Shown piece after piece: positions 30,619-41,070 of a stretch of 64,000 nt of DNA. Both the position numbers and the translations under genes were made by a program. A model generated the notes under the pieces. The model was not told the DNA's origin and did no database searches. It saw only the letters and a program-made list of their open reading frames with translations. This stretch comes from Bacillota bacterium. GTDB taxonomy: Bacteria; Bacillota; DTU025. Each line of letters begins with the position of its first letter. Position 1 is the stretch's first letter. The stretch spans positions 416,001-480,000 of the forward strand of contig JBMNJT010000002.1 of NCBI GenBank assembly GCA_050951805.1, written 5' to 3'.

Positions 30619-31806
30619 ATGAAACGAAGCAAAACTGCTGTGATCATTGTGTTGCTGATTGCCGTGGCGGGCGGTGCCGGATTCATGTGGTGGAATCGCT
30701 CCAGGTCGAAGCCAGGAGCCGCGAGCAACCCATACATACCTATCGAGGTCAGACGGGGAGAGCTCTCAACTGACATCTATGCCACAGGCAATGTGCAGAC
30801 CATTCGGACTGTCGACGTATATCCAAGCAAGGCGGGCATCGTCGCCCGGGTGGATGTGGACGAGGGAACCGAGGTTAGAGCGGGGGACGTGTTGATCAGG
30901 TTGGAACGCGATGAATTGGAGGTGCAGCAGACTGAGGCTGAAGAGAGGCAGAAGCGGGAGAACTTGGCGTCTTCGGAAGTTGCCCTCGAGAAAATCCGGA
31001 GTCTCCATGCAAAGGGGGCGGCGACTGAGAAGGAACTCAGGTCAGCCGAGTCAGATGTGCTGCAGGCCAAAGAGTCCTATAATGCGGCAGCGCTAAAGCT
31101 GGATCGCCTTGTTACCAAAGCCAGCGACAGTGTGATCTGGGCCCCGATCAGTGGGGTGGTAAGCAGCGTGAAGGCGACAGTCGGCGCGGGCGTGTCTACA
31201 TCCAATCCTGTCGCCGTAATTACAGACCTCAGCGATGTAGTGGTCAGAGTGACCGTTGATGAGTATGACATAGGCTCTGTCGAGGTAGGGCAAGGCGCCG
31301 AGGTTGTCATGGACGCATTGGACGATCGGAAATATGCTGGCAACGTGTGTTTTGTGGGAAAAATCGGTCAAAACCAGTCCGGCGTGGTTGTATTCAATGT
31401 AGACATCAGACTGGACAACCCCACTCAAGATGTACGCCCGGGGATGAGCGCTGAGGCTAGCATCATGGTGGATCGAGTCGAGAACGCGCTCATCGTCCCC
31501 AACAGTGTTTTGGAAACGCGCAGAGGCGAGACTGTGGCCCGCATCTACAATGCTGATGGCAGTGTACAGTTGCGCCCTGTTATCGTCGGTCTCGCAACTG
31601 ATGGTGGAACTGAGATTGTGGACGGTCTGAATCTCGGAGACATGGTGGCAGTTCCAAATCCTAGGGCTGTATCATCAAATGAGGATCAGGGCTCTGCAGG
31701 ACGTGAACCAGAGCAAGGCATGCCGGGGATGATGCCCGGCGAGGCGCCGACCGGAGTCCCTGGCATGGGCGGTCCGAGCGGCGGATTCGCTCCACCTCAG
31801 AGATAG
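30619..31806 (+). CDS. Efflux transporter periplasmic adaptor (MacA/HlyD family)
   Basis: N-terminal TM, lipoyl half-motifs (VDEGTEVRAGD; IWAPISGVV), RPGMSA, G/P/M-rich tail. Confidence 0.9.
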   Translation: MKRSKTAVIIVLLIAVAGGAGFMWWNRSRSKPGAASNPYIPIEVRRGELSTDIYATGNVQTIRTVDVYPSKAGIVARVDVDEGTEVRAGDVLIRLERDELEVQQTEAEERQKRENLASSEVALEKIRSLHAKGAATEKELRSAESDVLQAKESYNAAALKLDRLVTKASDSVIWAPISGVVSSVKATVGAGVSTSNPVAVITDLSDVVVRVTVDEYDIGSVEVGQGAEVVMDALDDRKYAGNVCFVGKIGQNQSGVVVFNVDIRLDNPTQDVRPGMSAEASIMVDRVENALIVPNSVLETRRGETVARIYNADGSVQLRPVIVGLATDGGTEIVDGLNLGDMVAVPNPRAVSSNEDQGSAGREPEQGMPGMMPGEAPTGVPGMGGPSGGFAPPQR

Positions 31807-31811
31807 GGGCG

Positions 31812-32516
31812 ATGGCAATGAGTCTCATCGAATTGAAGGAAGTCAGCAAAACCTACTCCATGGGAAAGGGATCTATAGAGGTTCGTGCATTGAAAGGAGT
31901 CGACTTGGCAGTGGACGAAGGCGAGTTCGTGTCGATCATGGGCCAGTCGGGATCGGGCAAGTCTACCCTGCTGAACATAGTTGGATGCCTTGACAAGCCC
32001 ACCTCTGGCGAATACTGGCTGGATGGCTGCTTAGTTGGGAGCCTTGGCTCAGACGAGCTGGCAGAAGTTAGAAACAAGATCATGGGCTTTGTCTTTCAGT
32101 CCTTTAATTTGCTGCCTAAACTGACTGCCGTAGGCAATGTGGAGCTGCCGTTGGTATATGCGGGAGTCCATCCTCGCATCAGACGGGAAGAAGCCATCCG
32201 CGCCTTGGACATGGTGGGCCTTGCGGACAGGGCATCCCACAGACCAAATGAGCTTTCTGGAGGCCAACAGCAGAGGGTCGCCATCGCCCGTGCCCTGGTA
32301 AGCAATCCCCGCGTAGTTCTGGCAGACGAACCCACTGGAAATCTGGACACCAAATCGAGCTACGAGATCATGGACATCCTTGCCGACATGAACAAACGGG
32401 GGATAACTGTGGTAATCGTTACCCATGATCCTGACATTGCAGCCCATACACCTAGAGTGCTGACGTTCAGGGACGGCGAGTGCATTGAGGATGTTCGCGC
32501 TTTGGAGGGGGTGTAG
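31812..32516 (+). CDS. ABC transporter ATP-binding protein (MacB/LolD-like)
   Basis: [33 protein letters not shown]. Confidence 0.95.
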   Translation: MAMSLIELKEVSKTYSMGKGSIEVRALKGVDLAVDEGEFVSIMGQSGSGKSTLLNIVGCLDKPTSGEYWLDGCLVGSLGSDELAEVRNKIMGFVFQSFNLLPKLTAVGNVELPLVYAGVHPRIRREEAIRALDMVGLADRASHRPNELSGGQQQRVAIARALVSNPRVVLADEPTGNLDTKSSYEIMDILADMNKRGITVVIVTHDPDIAAHTPRVLTFRDGECIEDVRALEGV

Positions 32517-32520
32517 ACAA

Positions 32521-33693
32521 GTGAGGCCTGCCGACTATCTGAGACTCGCCTTGAGCGGGGTTACAAGTAATCCGTTTCGTTCAATACTGACGGCTCTCGG
32601 CGTGATAATCGGTGTATCGGCTGTGATCATCACCGTATCGATAGGCACTGGGGCTAAGGTGCAGACGCAGTCGCAAATACAGAGACTAGGTTCGAATCTG
32701 ATAACCATAAGCAGCGGATATAGAAGCTTGAGATCTGTTATTACCTCCGATATTCTGCCGATCATTGAAAGCATCAACACCGTTGGCGAGGTAGTGCCAC
32801 AGGTGCAAAGGCAGAGCACAGTAGTGCACGGAGCAGAAGGTCTCAGCACAACCGTAACTGGCACCTCAGCAAACTATCCTTCGGTAAGGAACCTGAAGTT
32901 AGCGCAAGGCTCCTTTCTGACTGATGCGGATATCGACAAAGGTTCATGGAATTGCGTTCTCGGGGCGGATCTGGCGGAAGAACTCTTCGGAGATGATAAT
33001 CCCCTGGGTCAGAAAGTCCGGCTTGACAGAGTGCGTTTCACGGTGATAGGCGTCGCGCAACGCCAGGGCGACAGCGGATTCGCAAGTTCGGATAACGCCA
33101 TGTATGTGCCGTATACGACGATGCAGCGTCGTATAACCGGGAGCAAGAACATAAACACAATCATTGCCCAAGCAGTAGACGCTTCATCAATGGATCTTGC
33201 CTACAGTCAGATATACGCCATGCTCATGATGGCTACCGGCGACGAAGACTCATTCAGGATATCTAACCAAGCCGATATGCTGGAAGTAGCATCTGATGTG
33301 ACTGACACCATGACATTGCTGTTGTCAGGCATTGCAGCGGTGTCGCTGGTCGTGGGGGGTATCGGGATCATGAACATAATGCTAGTTTCAGTGACTGAAC
33401 GGACTCGCGAGATAGGCATACGCAAGGCTATTGGAGCAAAGGAGCATGAGATCTTGTCCCAGTTCATGTTGGAGGCCGCTGCTTTGAGTCTTGCCGGGGG
33501 CCTTCTTGGAATCGTTGTCGGTTTGGTTGGGTCCCGCATCGTGAGCCAAGTGTTCAGCTGGCCCACTGCGGTGGACATGAAATCAGTGGCGTTGGGATTT
33601 ACTCTGTCATTGATAGTGGGAGTGTTCTTTGGGGCATACCCTGCATACAAGGGGGCAAAGCTCGATCCCATCGTGGGGTTGAGATACGAATGA
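32521..33693 (+). CDS. ABC transporter permease (MacB/FtsX family)
   Basis: RSILTALGVIIG, GGIGIMNIMLVSVTERTREIGIRKAIGA, LDPIVGLRYE. Confidence 0.95.
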   Translation: MRPADYLRLALSGVTSNPFRSILTALGVIIGVSAVIITVSIGTGAKVQTQSQIQRLGSNLITISSGYRSLRSVITSDILPIIESINTVGEVVPQVQRQSTVVHGAEGLSTTVTGTSANYPSVRNLKLAQGSFLTDADIDKGSWNCVLGADLAEELFGDDNPLGQKVRLDRVRFTVIGVAQRQGDSGFASSDNAMYVPYTTMQRRITGSKNINTIIAQAVDASSMDLAYSQIYAMLMMATGDEDSFRISNQADMLEVASDVTDTMTLLLSGIAAVSLVVGGIGIMNIMLVSVTERTREIGIRKAIGAKEHEILSQFMLEAAALSLAGGLLGIVVGLVGSRIVSQVFSWPTAVDMKSVALGFTLSLIVGVFFGAYPAYKGAKLDPIVGLRYE

Positions 33694-33715
33694 TAAGGAA
33701 TGTGAGGGATGGCGC

Positions 33716-35095
33716 ATGAGGGCTAGCGTTGGCAGAAGAAAGCCGATTTTCATCATCATGCTGATTCTGGCGGCCTCTTCTGGGGCAGCGGCTGACGGGA
33801 CATTCGGGGCACGCTGGTCAATCGACACGTTTGCGGATGCTGCTGTCAACGTCTGGAAGAACAGTCCGCAAGCTCGACAGCCGCTGGAACTTGCGCTGAT
33901 TGGCGAGGGACTGAGCGTGCCCGTTCGTTCAGCATCCATAACCATCTCCAGCGGAATGTCGAGCGCTAGTCAGTTAACTGAATCCACAGGAGACCGCGGC
34001 GATGCTGAGAAGGTTTCCGCCAAACTCCCGATAACTGACAGGATCAGCTTGAACGCAGCTTACGATTTGAACAAGTCTTCGGGTTCTCTCAAGCTATCAT
34101 ATACCCTTCCACACACTTGGCTTGCGGGTTCGGATGAAGGTATCGCTCAGCGACTGTTTGGCCATTCGGGAGCCAGTGAGGACGCCAAGGTATCGACGGA
34201 TATGGCAAGGATGAAGCTGGATGCATCAGAGTCGTCAATAAAGCTCAAGGCGCAGAAAGCCTATATTGGCGCGCTGAAGTCCCAGAAGAATCGGGAGACG
34301 GCTGAAGGGGAGTGGCGGCTTGCCCAGACTGCACTTGAGATAGCAACGAAAAGATGCCAGGTTGGGCTCTCTACGGAAAGAGACGTGGAGCAAGCAGAGC
34401 TTTCTGTACTCGATGCTGAAATCGCCCTGGTGAAGGCGGAAAACGAGGAGCGGTGGGCTAGGAGAGAACTGAGCAAGCTGGCCGGTGTCGACATGTTAGA
34501 GGCAGAGCTGGAAGATCTTCCGCAGTTTTCGTTGGACATGCCTTCGCTTGATGTGATGATCGAGGCAGCGTTCGAGAGCGATGTCGAGCTTGCTCAGGCA
34601 GAATTGGGCCTAGATTCGTCCATCCGGGAACTTGAAGCAATCAAAAGTCTGCTTCCTACGGTGTCTGCAGAGGTTCAATTTCCGTCAGGGAGCAGCGTTC
34701 CCAAGTTTGTAGCGTCGGCCACATGGAGCATCTCGCTTTCGCGCTCTCTCGAAGCACAGAAGGCAGAGATCAATGTGGATCAAAAGAGGCAGTCGGTAAC
34801 TGAAAGGCGTGAGGCATTGGCAGAGAATGTGGAGAAAAGCCTTGAGCAATTGCATATTTCGGTATGGTCCGCAACCAAATGGGTGAAGCAGCTTGAGCAA
34901 TCCCAAGAGTCCTATGATACAGCTTTGAAGTCGTATAAAGACGGCGAATTGCTGTTAGTGGACCTGGAGCGAGCGCAGCTCAATTTGAAAAAAGCTCGCA
35001 ATAGCTATATTGCAAACTGGTATGGTGTGTGGGAGCTCTGGTACACGCTGGCCAATACGTGCCGGGTTGAAGACCTGGGCATGGGGAACCGATAG
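33716..35095 (+). CDS. TolC-family outer-membrane efflux protein (divergent)
   Basis: Signal peptide; helical repeats (KRCQVGLSTERDVEQAEL; YKDGELLLVDLERAQ) with beta segments; exporter operon. Confidence 0.7.
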   Translation: MRASVGRRKPIFIIMLILAASSGAAADGTFGARWSIDTFADAAVNVWKNSPQARQPLELALIGEGLSVPVRSASITISSGMSSASQLTESTGDRGDAEKVSAKLPITDRISLNAAYDLNKSSGSLKLSYTLPHTWLAGSDEGIAQRLFGHSGASEDAKVSTDMARMKLDASESSIKLKAQKAYIGALKSQKNRETAEGEWRLAQTALEIATKRCQVGLSTERDVEQAELSVLDAEIALVKAENEERWARRELSKLAGVDMLEAELEDLPQFSLDMPSLDVMIEAAFESDVELAQAELGLDSSIRELEAIKSLLPTVSAEVQFPSGSSVPKFVASATWSISLSRSLEAQKAEINVDQKRQSVTERREALAENVEKSLEQLHISVWSATKWVKQLEQSQESYDTALKSYKDGELLLVDLERAQLNLKKARNSYIANWYGVWELWYTLANTCRVEDLGMGNR

Positions 35096-35116
35096 TCATC
35101 AAAAAACGATCCGGAG

Positions 35117-36217
35117 GTGTGTTGGGTGAAACGAAATTGCATGTTGAAAATGGTACCCGTCTTGCTGGCAGTAACGTTGGTGCTAAGCGGCATTGCGCTC
35201 GCGGGGGAATATGTAGATGAAACACTGGAGGTGACTTTGGCTCAGTATGTCGAGGCATATGTGGGAAACAGCGATGCAGTGAAGGCAGCTCGGGAAGATG
35301 CTGAGAATGCGCAGACCCAGTGGCAGCGGGCTGTTGATGAGAAGAAGGCTGCATTGACTGTGAAAGAGCTTGAGAATGCTGCTGAGACTAAGCGACTCGC
35401 TTTGGATGAGGCGGTGAACAATGCAGCTTTGCAGGCTGTTCAGGCCTATGTAGGACTCGGACAGGCACTAAGGGAGCTGGAGGCCAAACGCGTTTCTTTG
35501 GCTGTGTCACAGGAAAGGCTACGAGTTACGAATTTGCGGTATGAAGCAGGGCTTACTACCAAAGATGCCGTATTAGAACAGGAAAACTCGTATCTTTCAG
35601 CTTCCGATTCGCTTTTAAAGGCAGAGCAGAGCCTGAGGCAGACGAAACGGAGCTTCTGCCAGAACATCGGAGCTGAACTTTGTGATGATATTGTGCTGGC
35701 CACTGACGTTAGTACATTATATGGCGGCGTGCCCGAGTACGGCCTTAACGACTCTATCGAGGCTGCGCAGGGAGTTGGTTCCTCATACTTTTCAGCGGCC
35801 GCAGGCAAGGAATTGGCAAGAAGGAAGTGTGAGGCGCTTCAAGATCCGCTGATTGCTACGCCTACGGAGCGTGAGACAGCGGAAAAGTCATGGAAGGACG
35901 CCGAGACCCGATTTGCCAGCGCCGAGCAGTCTTTGATAGATTCCATAGAAAATGCTCTGGTGGAGCTGGAATCGCTGGTCAGAAACTTGAACATGCAGAC
36001 CATCTCCGCGCAGCGCGCTCAGAGCAACCTAGAGGTTGCCAGAATCAAGTTTCAACACGGAGAGATGCTCCAGTATGAACTCGATAACGAGACAAGCTCA
36101 GCTAATCAGGCACTATACAGAATGGCCAAAGCAAAGGAAGACCTGTTTGTACATATGTTGAAGTTGGAATCGCTCATAGGCGGCAGCGTCCTGGACATCG
36201 TGATGAGCAAGAAATGA
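35117..36217 (+). CDS. Second TolC-like protein (mostly helical)
   Basis: Signal peptide; LRYEAGLTTKDAVLEQE and KFQHGEMLQYEL repeats. Confidence 0.65.
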   Translation: MCWVKRNCMLKMVPVLLAVTLVLSGIALAGEYVDETLEVTLAQYVEAYVGNSDAVKAAREDAENAQTQWQRAVDEKKAALTVKELENAAETKRLALDEAVNNAALQAVQAYVGLGQALRELEAKRVSLAVSQERLRVTNLRYEAGLTTKDAVLEQENSYLSASDSLLKAEQSLRQTKRSFCQNIGAELCDDIVLATDVSTLYGGVPEYGLNDSIEAAQGVGSSYFSAAAGKELARRKCEALQDPLIATPTERETAEKSWKDAETRFASAEQSLIDSIENALVELESLVRNLNMQTISAQRAQSNLEVARIKFQHGEMLQYELDNETSSANQALYRMAKAKEDLFVHMLKLESLIGGSVLDIVMSKK

Positions 36218-36227
36218 GGCGAGATTC

Positions 36228-36902
36228 GTGACCAAAGTTCTTCTGGCGGATGATGAGGCAAGAATGCGCAGGCTCGTATCGGATTTTCTCAAACGGGAGG
36301 GCTTTGTCATCCTTGAAGCTCAGAATGGCCGGGAGGCTTTGGATCTTTTCCTCAGCGACCAAGAGATAGAGCTCGTGATATTGGACGTAATGATGCCGGG
36401 CATGGATGGTTGGGTGGTCTGCCGCGAGATACGCAGGAGATCACAGGTGCCGATAATAATGCTTACAGCAAGAGCCGAAGAGAGTGATCAACTCTTCGGC
36501 TTCGATATTGGGGCTGATGAGTACATTACAAAACCCTTCAGCCCCATGATACTCGTAGCTAGGGCTAAAGCCTTGCTCAGACGCACGCAGGCGGGCGATG
36601 GAGGACTCAGGCATCTTGGATTGCTGGAGATAGATGAAGGCAGGCACGTGGTGAGCGTGGACGGTGAAAGACTGGAGCTGAGCCCCAAGGAATTCGAGCT
36701 TCTGGTCTACTTTGCCGACAATGCCAACCTAGCCTTGTCGCGGGATCAGATACTTAGCTCTGTGTGGGACTACGACTATTTCGGGGATGCCAGGACAGTG
36801 GATACTCATGTGAAACGTCTTCGGGCCAAGCTGGGCCCTGCAGCAGGCTATATTGAGACTGTACGTGGCATAGGCTACAGATTTGAGGCGACTGAAGAAT
36901 GA
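36228..36902 (+). CDS. OmpR/PhoB-family response regulator
   Basis: ADDE, LDVMMP, TKPF, RTVDTHVKRLR, TVRGIGY. Confidence 0.96.
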   Translation: MTKVLLADDEARMRRLVSDFLKREGFVILEAQNGREALDLFLSDQEIELVILDVMMPGMDGWVVCREIRRRSQVPIIMLTARAEESDQLFGFDIGADEYITKPFSPMILVARAKALLRRTQAGDGGLRHLGLLEIDEGRHVVSVDGERLELSPKEFELLVYFADNANLALSRDQILSSVWDYDYFGDARTVDTHVKRLRAKLGPAAGYIETVRGIGYRFEATEE

Positions 36903-38449
36903 AGTCTATAAGAGCACGCTTATTCCTGGGAATCGTTGGCCTGGTCGTAGGCTACGTATTACTCTCCTGGTTGCTCAACTCGCAGTTGCTGGATGTGTAC
37001 TATCACCGTATCAAGACCAATTCACTCGTAAGCGGATACAAGCATGTGAAGCAGGCATACGATAGTGGCGACTTGGCCCAGTTGTTGCTGGATCTGGAGA
37101 CAATGGAGCGCAAGGAGGGCCTGATGGTGGTTATAGTGGATTCCTCCTACACGCTCCAGTACGCGTCGAGGCCTGTCCAATCCGCCAGGCATGGCTCTGC
37201 GGGTCCGACGGGCCCTATGGATTCTGCACTACTCGATTCGCTCGATCAGCAAAGAATGCCGCCGCCAGGCCCTGGGCCTAATCCTGCTCCAAACCCGGAC
37301 CCGTTCCCCGTAAATACGATCGAACGCGCGATAGCTGATCTAGAGGGTGAATACGAGGTCCTCAGTTTCACCCGCGACGACAGGCTTAAGCTGGACTTCA
37401 TAAGCCTAATTGGAAGGCTGCCTGATGGGGGTTATGTATTCCTCAGCGCACCGATCTCGTCGATTGAGGAGAGTGCATCGGCAGCTAATAGGTTCTTTTT
37501 GGTAAGCGGAGCATTGATGATAGCAGTGGGGAGTATCGCTGCCTATTGGTACGCCGGACGGTTTACACAACCTATCCATGACATGAAAGTCATTGCTGAG
37601 CGCGTGGCAAAGCTCGATTTCAGCAAGGAGTATGTCGGCAGCACCGATGATGAGATCGGCGCTCTCGGCGAGAGCATCAACATCATGTCGCGCCAGCTGG
37701 AGTACTCCATAAACGAACTGGTGCGCGCCAATGAACGCTTGCAGCAGGACATTGAGCGCGAACGTCAGATCGACGAAATGCGCAAGGAATTCATCGCAAA
37801 TGTGTCGCACGAGCTGAAAACGCCCATTGCGTTGATTCAGGGATATTCTGAAGGACTAAAGCTCAATGTCAACGATGACGAAGAGAATAGGGATTTCTAC
37901 TGCGATGTAATAACGGACGAAGCTGCCAGGATGAATCGTCTTGTAGGCCAGCTGCTTAAACTGGCCCAGATTGAATCGGGGAATATTGCACCTCAAAAGA
38001 TCTGCTTCGACATCGTTGAGTTCATCAACCATATCGTCAGAAAGAACGGTTTGGCGTTGCAAGAACGAGGAGTTGACTTGGGGATAGAGGGCGAATCGTG
38101 TGTGGAGGTTGTGGCCGACATCGACATGATGGAGCAGGTGTTGGTCAATTACATTACCAACGGCATCGACCATTGCGGCGGGGAGCGCAAGATGACCATC
38201 ACAATAGAGGAGGTCGATGAGAAAGCGCGGATCAGTGTTTTCAATACGGGACAACACATACCTGAGGATTGCATGGATTCAATATGGACTAGTTTCTATA
38301 AGACTGACAAGGCGCGCACACGTGACCATGGCGGGACAGGGCTTGGGCTGAGCATAGTGAAAGCAGTGCAAAAGGTTCACGGCAATGATTGCGGATGTAA
38401 GAACGTTGCGGGCGGAGTAGTATTTTGGTTCGATGCCGACCTGTGTTGA
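36899..38449 (+). CDS. HAMP-domain sensor histidine kinase
   Basis: Two TMs, HAMP, SHELKTP, NYITNG, GGTGLGL; Pro-rich extracytoplasmic insert. Confidence 0.95.
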   Translation: MKSIRARLFLGIVGLVVGYVLLSWLLNSQLLDVYYHRIKTNSLVSGYKHVKQAYDSGDLAQLLLDLETMERKEGLMVVIVDSSYTLQYASRPVQSARHGSAGPTGPMDSALLDSLDQQRMPPPGPGPNPAPNPDPFPVNTIERAIADLEGEYEVLSFTRDDRLKLDFISLIGRLPDGGYVFLSAPISSIEESASAANRFFLVSGALMIAVGSIAAYWYAGRFTQPIHDMKVIAERVAKLDFSKEYVGSTDDEIGALGESINIMSRQLEYSINELVRANERLQQDIERERQIDEMRKEFIANVSHELKTPIALIQGYSEGLKLNVNDDEENRDFYCDVITDEAARMNRLVGQLLKLAQIESGNIAPQKICFDIVEFINHIVRKNGLALQERGVDLGIEGESCVEVVADIDMMEQVLVNYITNGIDHCGGERKMTITIEEVDEKARISVFNTGQHIPEDCMDSIWTSFYKTDKARTRDHGGTGLGLSIVKAVQKVHGNDCGCKNVAGGVVFWFDADLC

Positions 38450-38834
38450 CTGTGGAGTACAGGTGTTGCGTCCATTATCACTCCGAACAGTTTCAAGGAG
38501 AAGCGAGATTTGAGCTACCAATGATGATGGCACTCACATAAAGCAATCATGACCGGGTACAGGATACGGGCGGATGAGAGTTGAATCGCGTGATGCCGAA
38601 TCGGGGTGTGATCATATCTGCCAGCCGCTGCCGTAGCGTTCTACACATTCCTCCCTGGCAATGGGATTTTTGCGCCGGGCTTGTGCAGTAATACGGAAGC
38701 AGGCTCATTCCTTAATGCTTCTTGAAGTGGCTTCATTGCGACGAGAAGAGGCCGATAGATAAGTTCACAAACAGGCCAGTTCCCTTCTTTCACTATAGAA
38801 TCATCTGTCAAGATTGGCAACTCCTATCGAGTCT

Positions 38835-38952
38835 TTAGACCTTAATAGACCGCCGCCTCTGTCTAGCTTTTTATTTGAGGTCTGCATCCCCTGCTTACCC
38901 TGTAGGGCTTGGAATGGGATGCATTTTCTCAGTGAGGCGGCGTACAGGCTAA
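38835..38952. other. Long imperfect hairpin (nested inverted repeats) between convergent genes
   Basis: TTAG-CCT/AGGCTAA, CGCCGCCTC/GAGGCGGCG, TGAG/CTCA and TGCATCCC/GGGATGCA nested stems. Confidence 0.55.
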
Positions 38953-38971
38953 CGGGTGGATCCGGTTTCGA

Positions 38972-39814
38972 CTATCTGACCTGGCTCTCAAAGATTTGGG
39001 CCTTGTCAAGTCTCTTCGTGATGGCCATCAAGAGGGCGTAGTCGACGATGATGAGAGCTGCTCCGATGGCCAGCAGCACTTTTGCATCGAGCAGCATGAT
39101 GCCGGTGAACTGCCCGATCATCAGGGCAATCACTGGCAGAACGAGAAAGCCGCTCATTTGATACCCAGCCTGAAACGTAGATACGCGCGCGCTGATGAAG
39201 ACGTTTATGAGCATGGCGAGAAGCCCAATTGCCGGCATTACCAAAAGGATGAGGGGAGCCCAGGCGATGCTAGGGAAGAATAGTCTGCCAAATATGGGCC
39301 AGGCGAAGACGTTCGCGCATACCGCGAAAAGCACGAAGGAAGTGAGGGAAATGGCGATAGCGGGAATAAGTGATGCCAAAGCCTTTGCCGCAAATATGCT
39401 CCGCATGTCGACTGGAGACAGAAGAAGCCCTTCCAGGGTGCCCCTTTCCTTTTCACCCACGAAGCTGTCGACACTGATTGTGCTGGCGGCCATGAGCGGT
39501 ATCATCAGGAAAAACGGGGCCATGAAATAGTTGAACATCATGTAGGCGATTCGCTGCTGATCGGTGATGAGTGAGTCGAATATCCCATTGAGGGAGTCAA
39601 GCGACGACTGGGGCAGCTTTTCAAGCACGTCGAGCAGCTCCTGAAAATCACTGGAGGTGCTGGTGTCGGTCGCCCTTATGGCGAAGGATGCCCCAATAGG
39701 AAACAAGACAGCAAAGACGAGAGGGATTATTAGCATGGGCAGCCACACTTGAATGTTGGAAGTGATGCTCATGATATCTTTCCGGGCAATGGCCCGCACA
39801 GCGCGCCTATTCAT
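38972..39814 (-). CDS. ABC-2 type transporter permease
   Basis: DSFVGEKERGTLEGLLLSP; six TM segments. Confidence 0.9.
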   Translation of the reverse strand: MNRRAVRAIARKDIMSITSNIQVWLPMLIIPLVFAVLFPIGASFAIRATDTSTSSDFQELLDVLEKLPQSSLDSLNGIFDSLITDQQRIAYMMFNYFMAPFFLMIPLMAASTISVDSFVGEKERGTLEGLLLSPVDMRSIFAAKALASLIPAIAISLTSFVLFAVCANVFAWPIFGRLFFPSIAWAPLILLVMPAIGLLAMLINVFISARVSTFQAGYQMSGFLVLPVIALMIGQFTGIMLLDAKVLLAIGAALIIVDYALLMAITKRLDKAQIFESQVR

Positions 39815-40712
39815 CTTTCTCTCCCTCCAATAGCCTGAAATAGACTGATTCTAGGTCATGGCCCTTCAACTTAACCGAGTAGACGTCTGCGTCTTGCGAG
39901 AGTTGACGGATCAACTTAGGAACTTCATTCCTGCTTGAAACGGTAAATTGAATGTCGCCGACCGGCAGCGGTCTTGCTGGAATGCCCCGGTAGGCTTCTC
40001 CATCCAGAATGCAATCGGCATCTACTTCCACAATGGTGGGCCCGGGACATTTTTCCGCCAGCTCGGGCAGGGTTCCCTGGGCCACAGTGCGGCCCCGGTC
40101 GATGATCACGTAGCGTTGGCATACCGTTTCCAGCTGGTGCAGGACGTGGGAGCACAGGACTACCGTCACGCCTTTCTGGCTGTTCAGGCGCTCGATCTCA
40201 TCGAGAACCATGGCGATCCCCGCCGGGTCCAGGCCTGATGTGGGTTCGTCCAGAAGGAGTATCGGCGGATTGGCGAGCAAGGCCTTGGCAAGCCCTAGAC
40301 GTTTCTTCATCCCAGTGCTGTAGGCACCGGCCTTTTTTTCTTTGTGATCCGCGAGCCCGAATTCTTCCATCAGCTCATGCGGTCTTCGGGGATCGTCTAT
40401 TCCATACAACTCCGCAAAGAATCGGAGGTTTTCGATCCCGGAGAGGTTGGAATAGAGCTCGGCAGTCTCGGTGAGGACGCCGATTTGGGAACGAACTTCA
40501 TCCCCCTGGCTTTGGGGATCAAGACCTGCAACCCTGACTTGGCCTGCATCAGGCTTTACAACGCCGCACAGCATCCGGATTGTGGTGGTTTTGCCTGCGC
40601 CGTTAGGGCCGATGAGGCCCAGAATCTCTCCACGAGCCACGTTGAAACTGAGGGCGTCAACGGCGCGTTGCTCTCCATATCGTTTGGTTACGTCCTTGAT
40701 CTGAATCATCAT
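39807..40712 (-). CDS. ABC transporter ATP-binding protein (ABC-2/DrrA-like)
   Basis: GPNGAGKTT, YSTGMKKR, LDEPTSGLD. Confidence 0.93.
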   Translation of the reverse strand: MMIQIKDVTKRYGEQRAVDALSFNVARGEILGLIGPNGAGKTTTIRMLCGVVKPDAGQVRVAGLDPQSQGDEVRSQIGVLTETAELYSNLSGIENLRFFAELYGIDDPRRPHELMEEFGLADHKEKKAGAYSTGMKKRLGLAKALLANPPILLLDEPTSGLDPAGIAMVLDEIERLNSQKGVTVVLCSHVLHQLETVCQRYVIIDRGRTVAQGTLPELAEKCPGPTIVEVDADCILDGEAYRGIPARPLPVGDIQFTVSSRNEVPKLIRQLSQDADVYSVKLKGHDLESVYFRLLEGEKDE

Positions 40713-40803
40713 GCCACACCTTCACATTGATCTAGTAGCCGATTTCTGTATTCGATAGCTTGCGCTCGTTTCAAAGTGGGAGGAGATGCCTAAAAGAGTT
40801 ACG

Positions 40804-41070
40804 CTACTTCTCCGCTTTGATTGATCCACAGTAAGGACAGATCTCCAATTCCCGGGGGATCGGCTTGCTGCATCCGGCGCATCGGACGTTGTTGCGCCTG
40901 GTAACCAGGATGTAGACGATTATGGAAGACGGGATGTTGATCAGCCCGAATAAACCCCACAGCCACGCATAGTCTTCACGGCGTAGGCGCGCGTCACGGA
41001 ATATCCATGTAGCTTGCGCAATGAGCAGCGCGCCCAGAAAGATCCAGAGAATCGGATCGAGTTCATTCAC
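40804..41070 (-). CDS. Small membrane protein with C-terminal zinc ribbon (YxlD-like)
   Basis: QATWIFRDAR..AWLWGLFGLINIP; CAGC...CPYC. Confidence 0.75.
   Translation of the reverse strand: MNELDPILWIFLGALLIAQATWIFRDARLRREDYAWLWGLFGLINIPSSIIVYILVTRRNNVRCAGCSKPIPRELEICPYCGSIKAEK

Noticed and set aside
38835-38952. 6S RNA
   Set aside because: Too short, internal loop strongly asymmetric, and no 6S sequence motifs recognised; kept only as an unassigned hairpin
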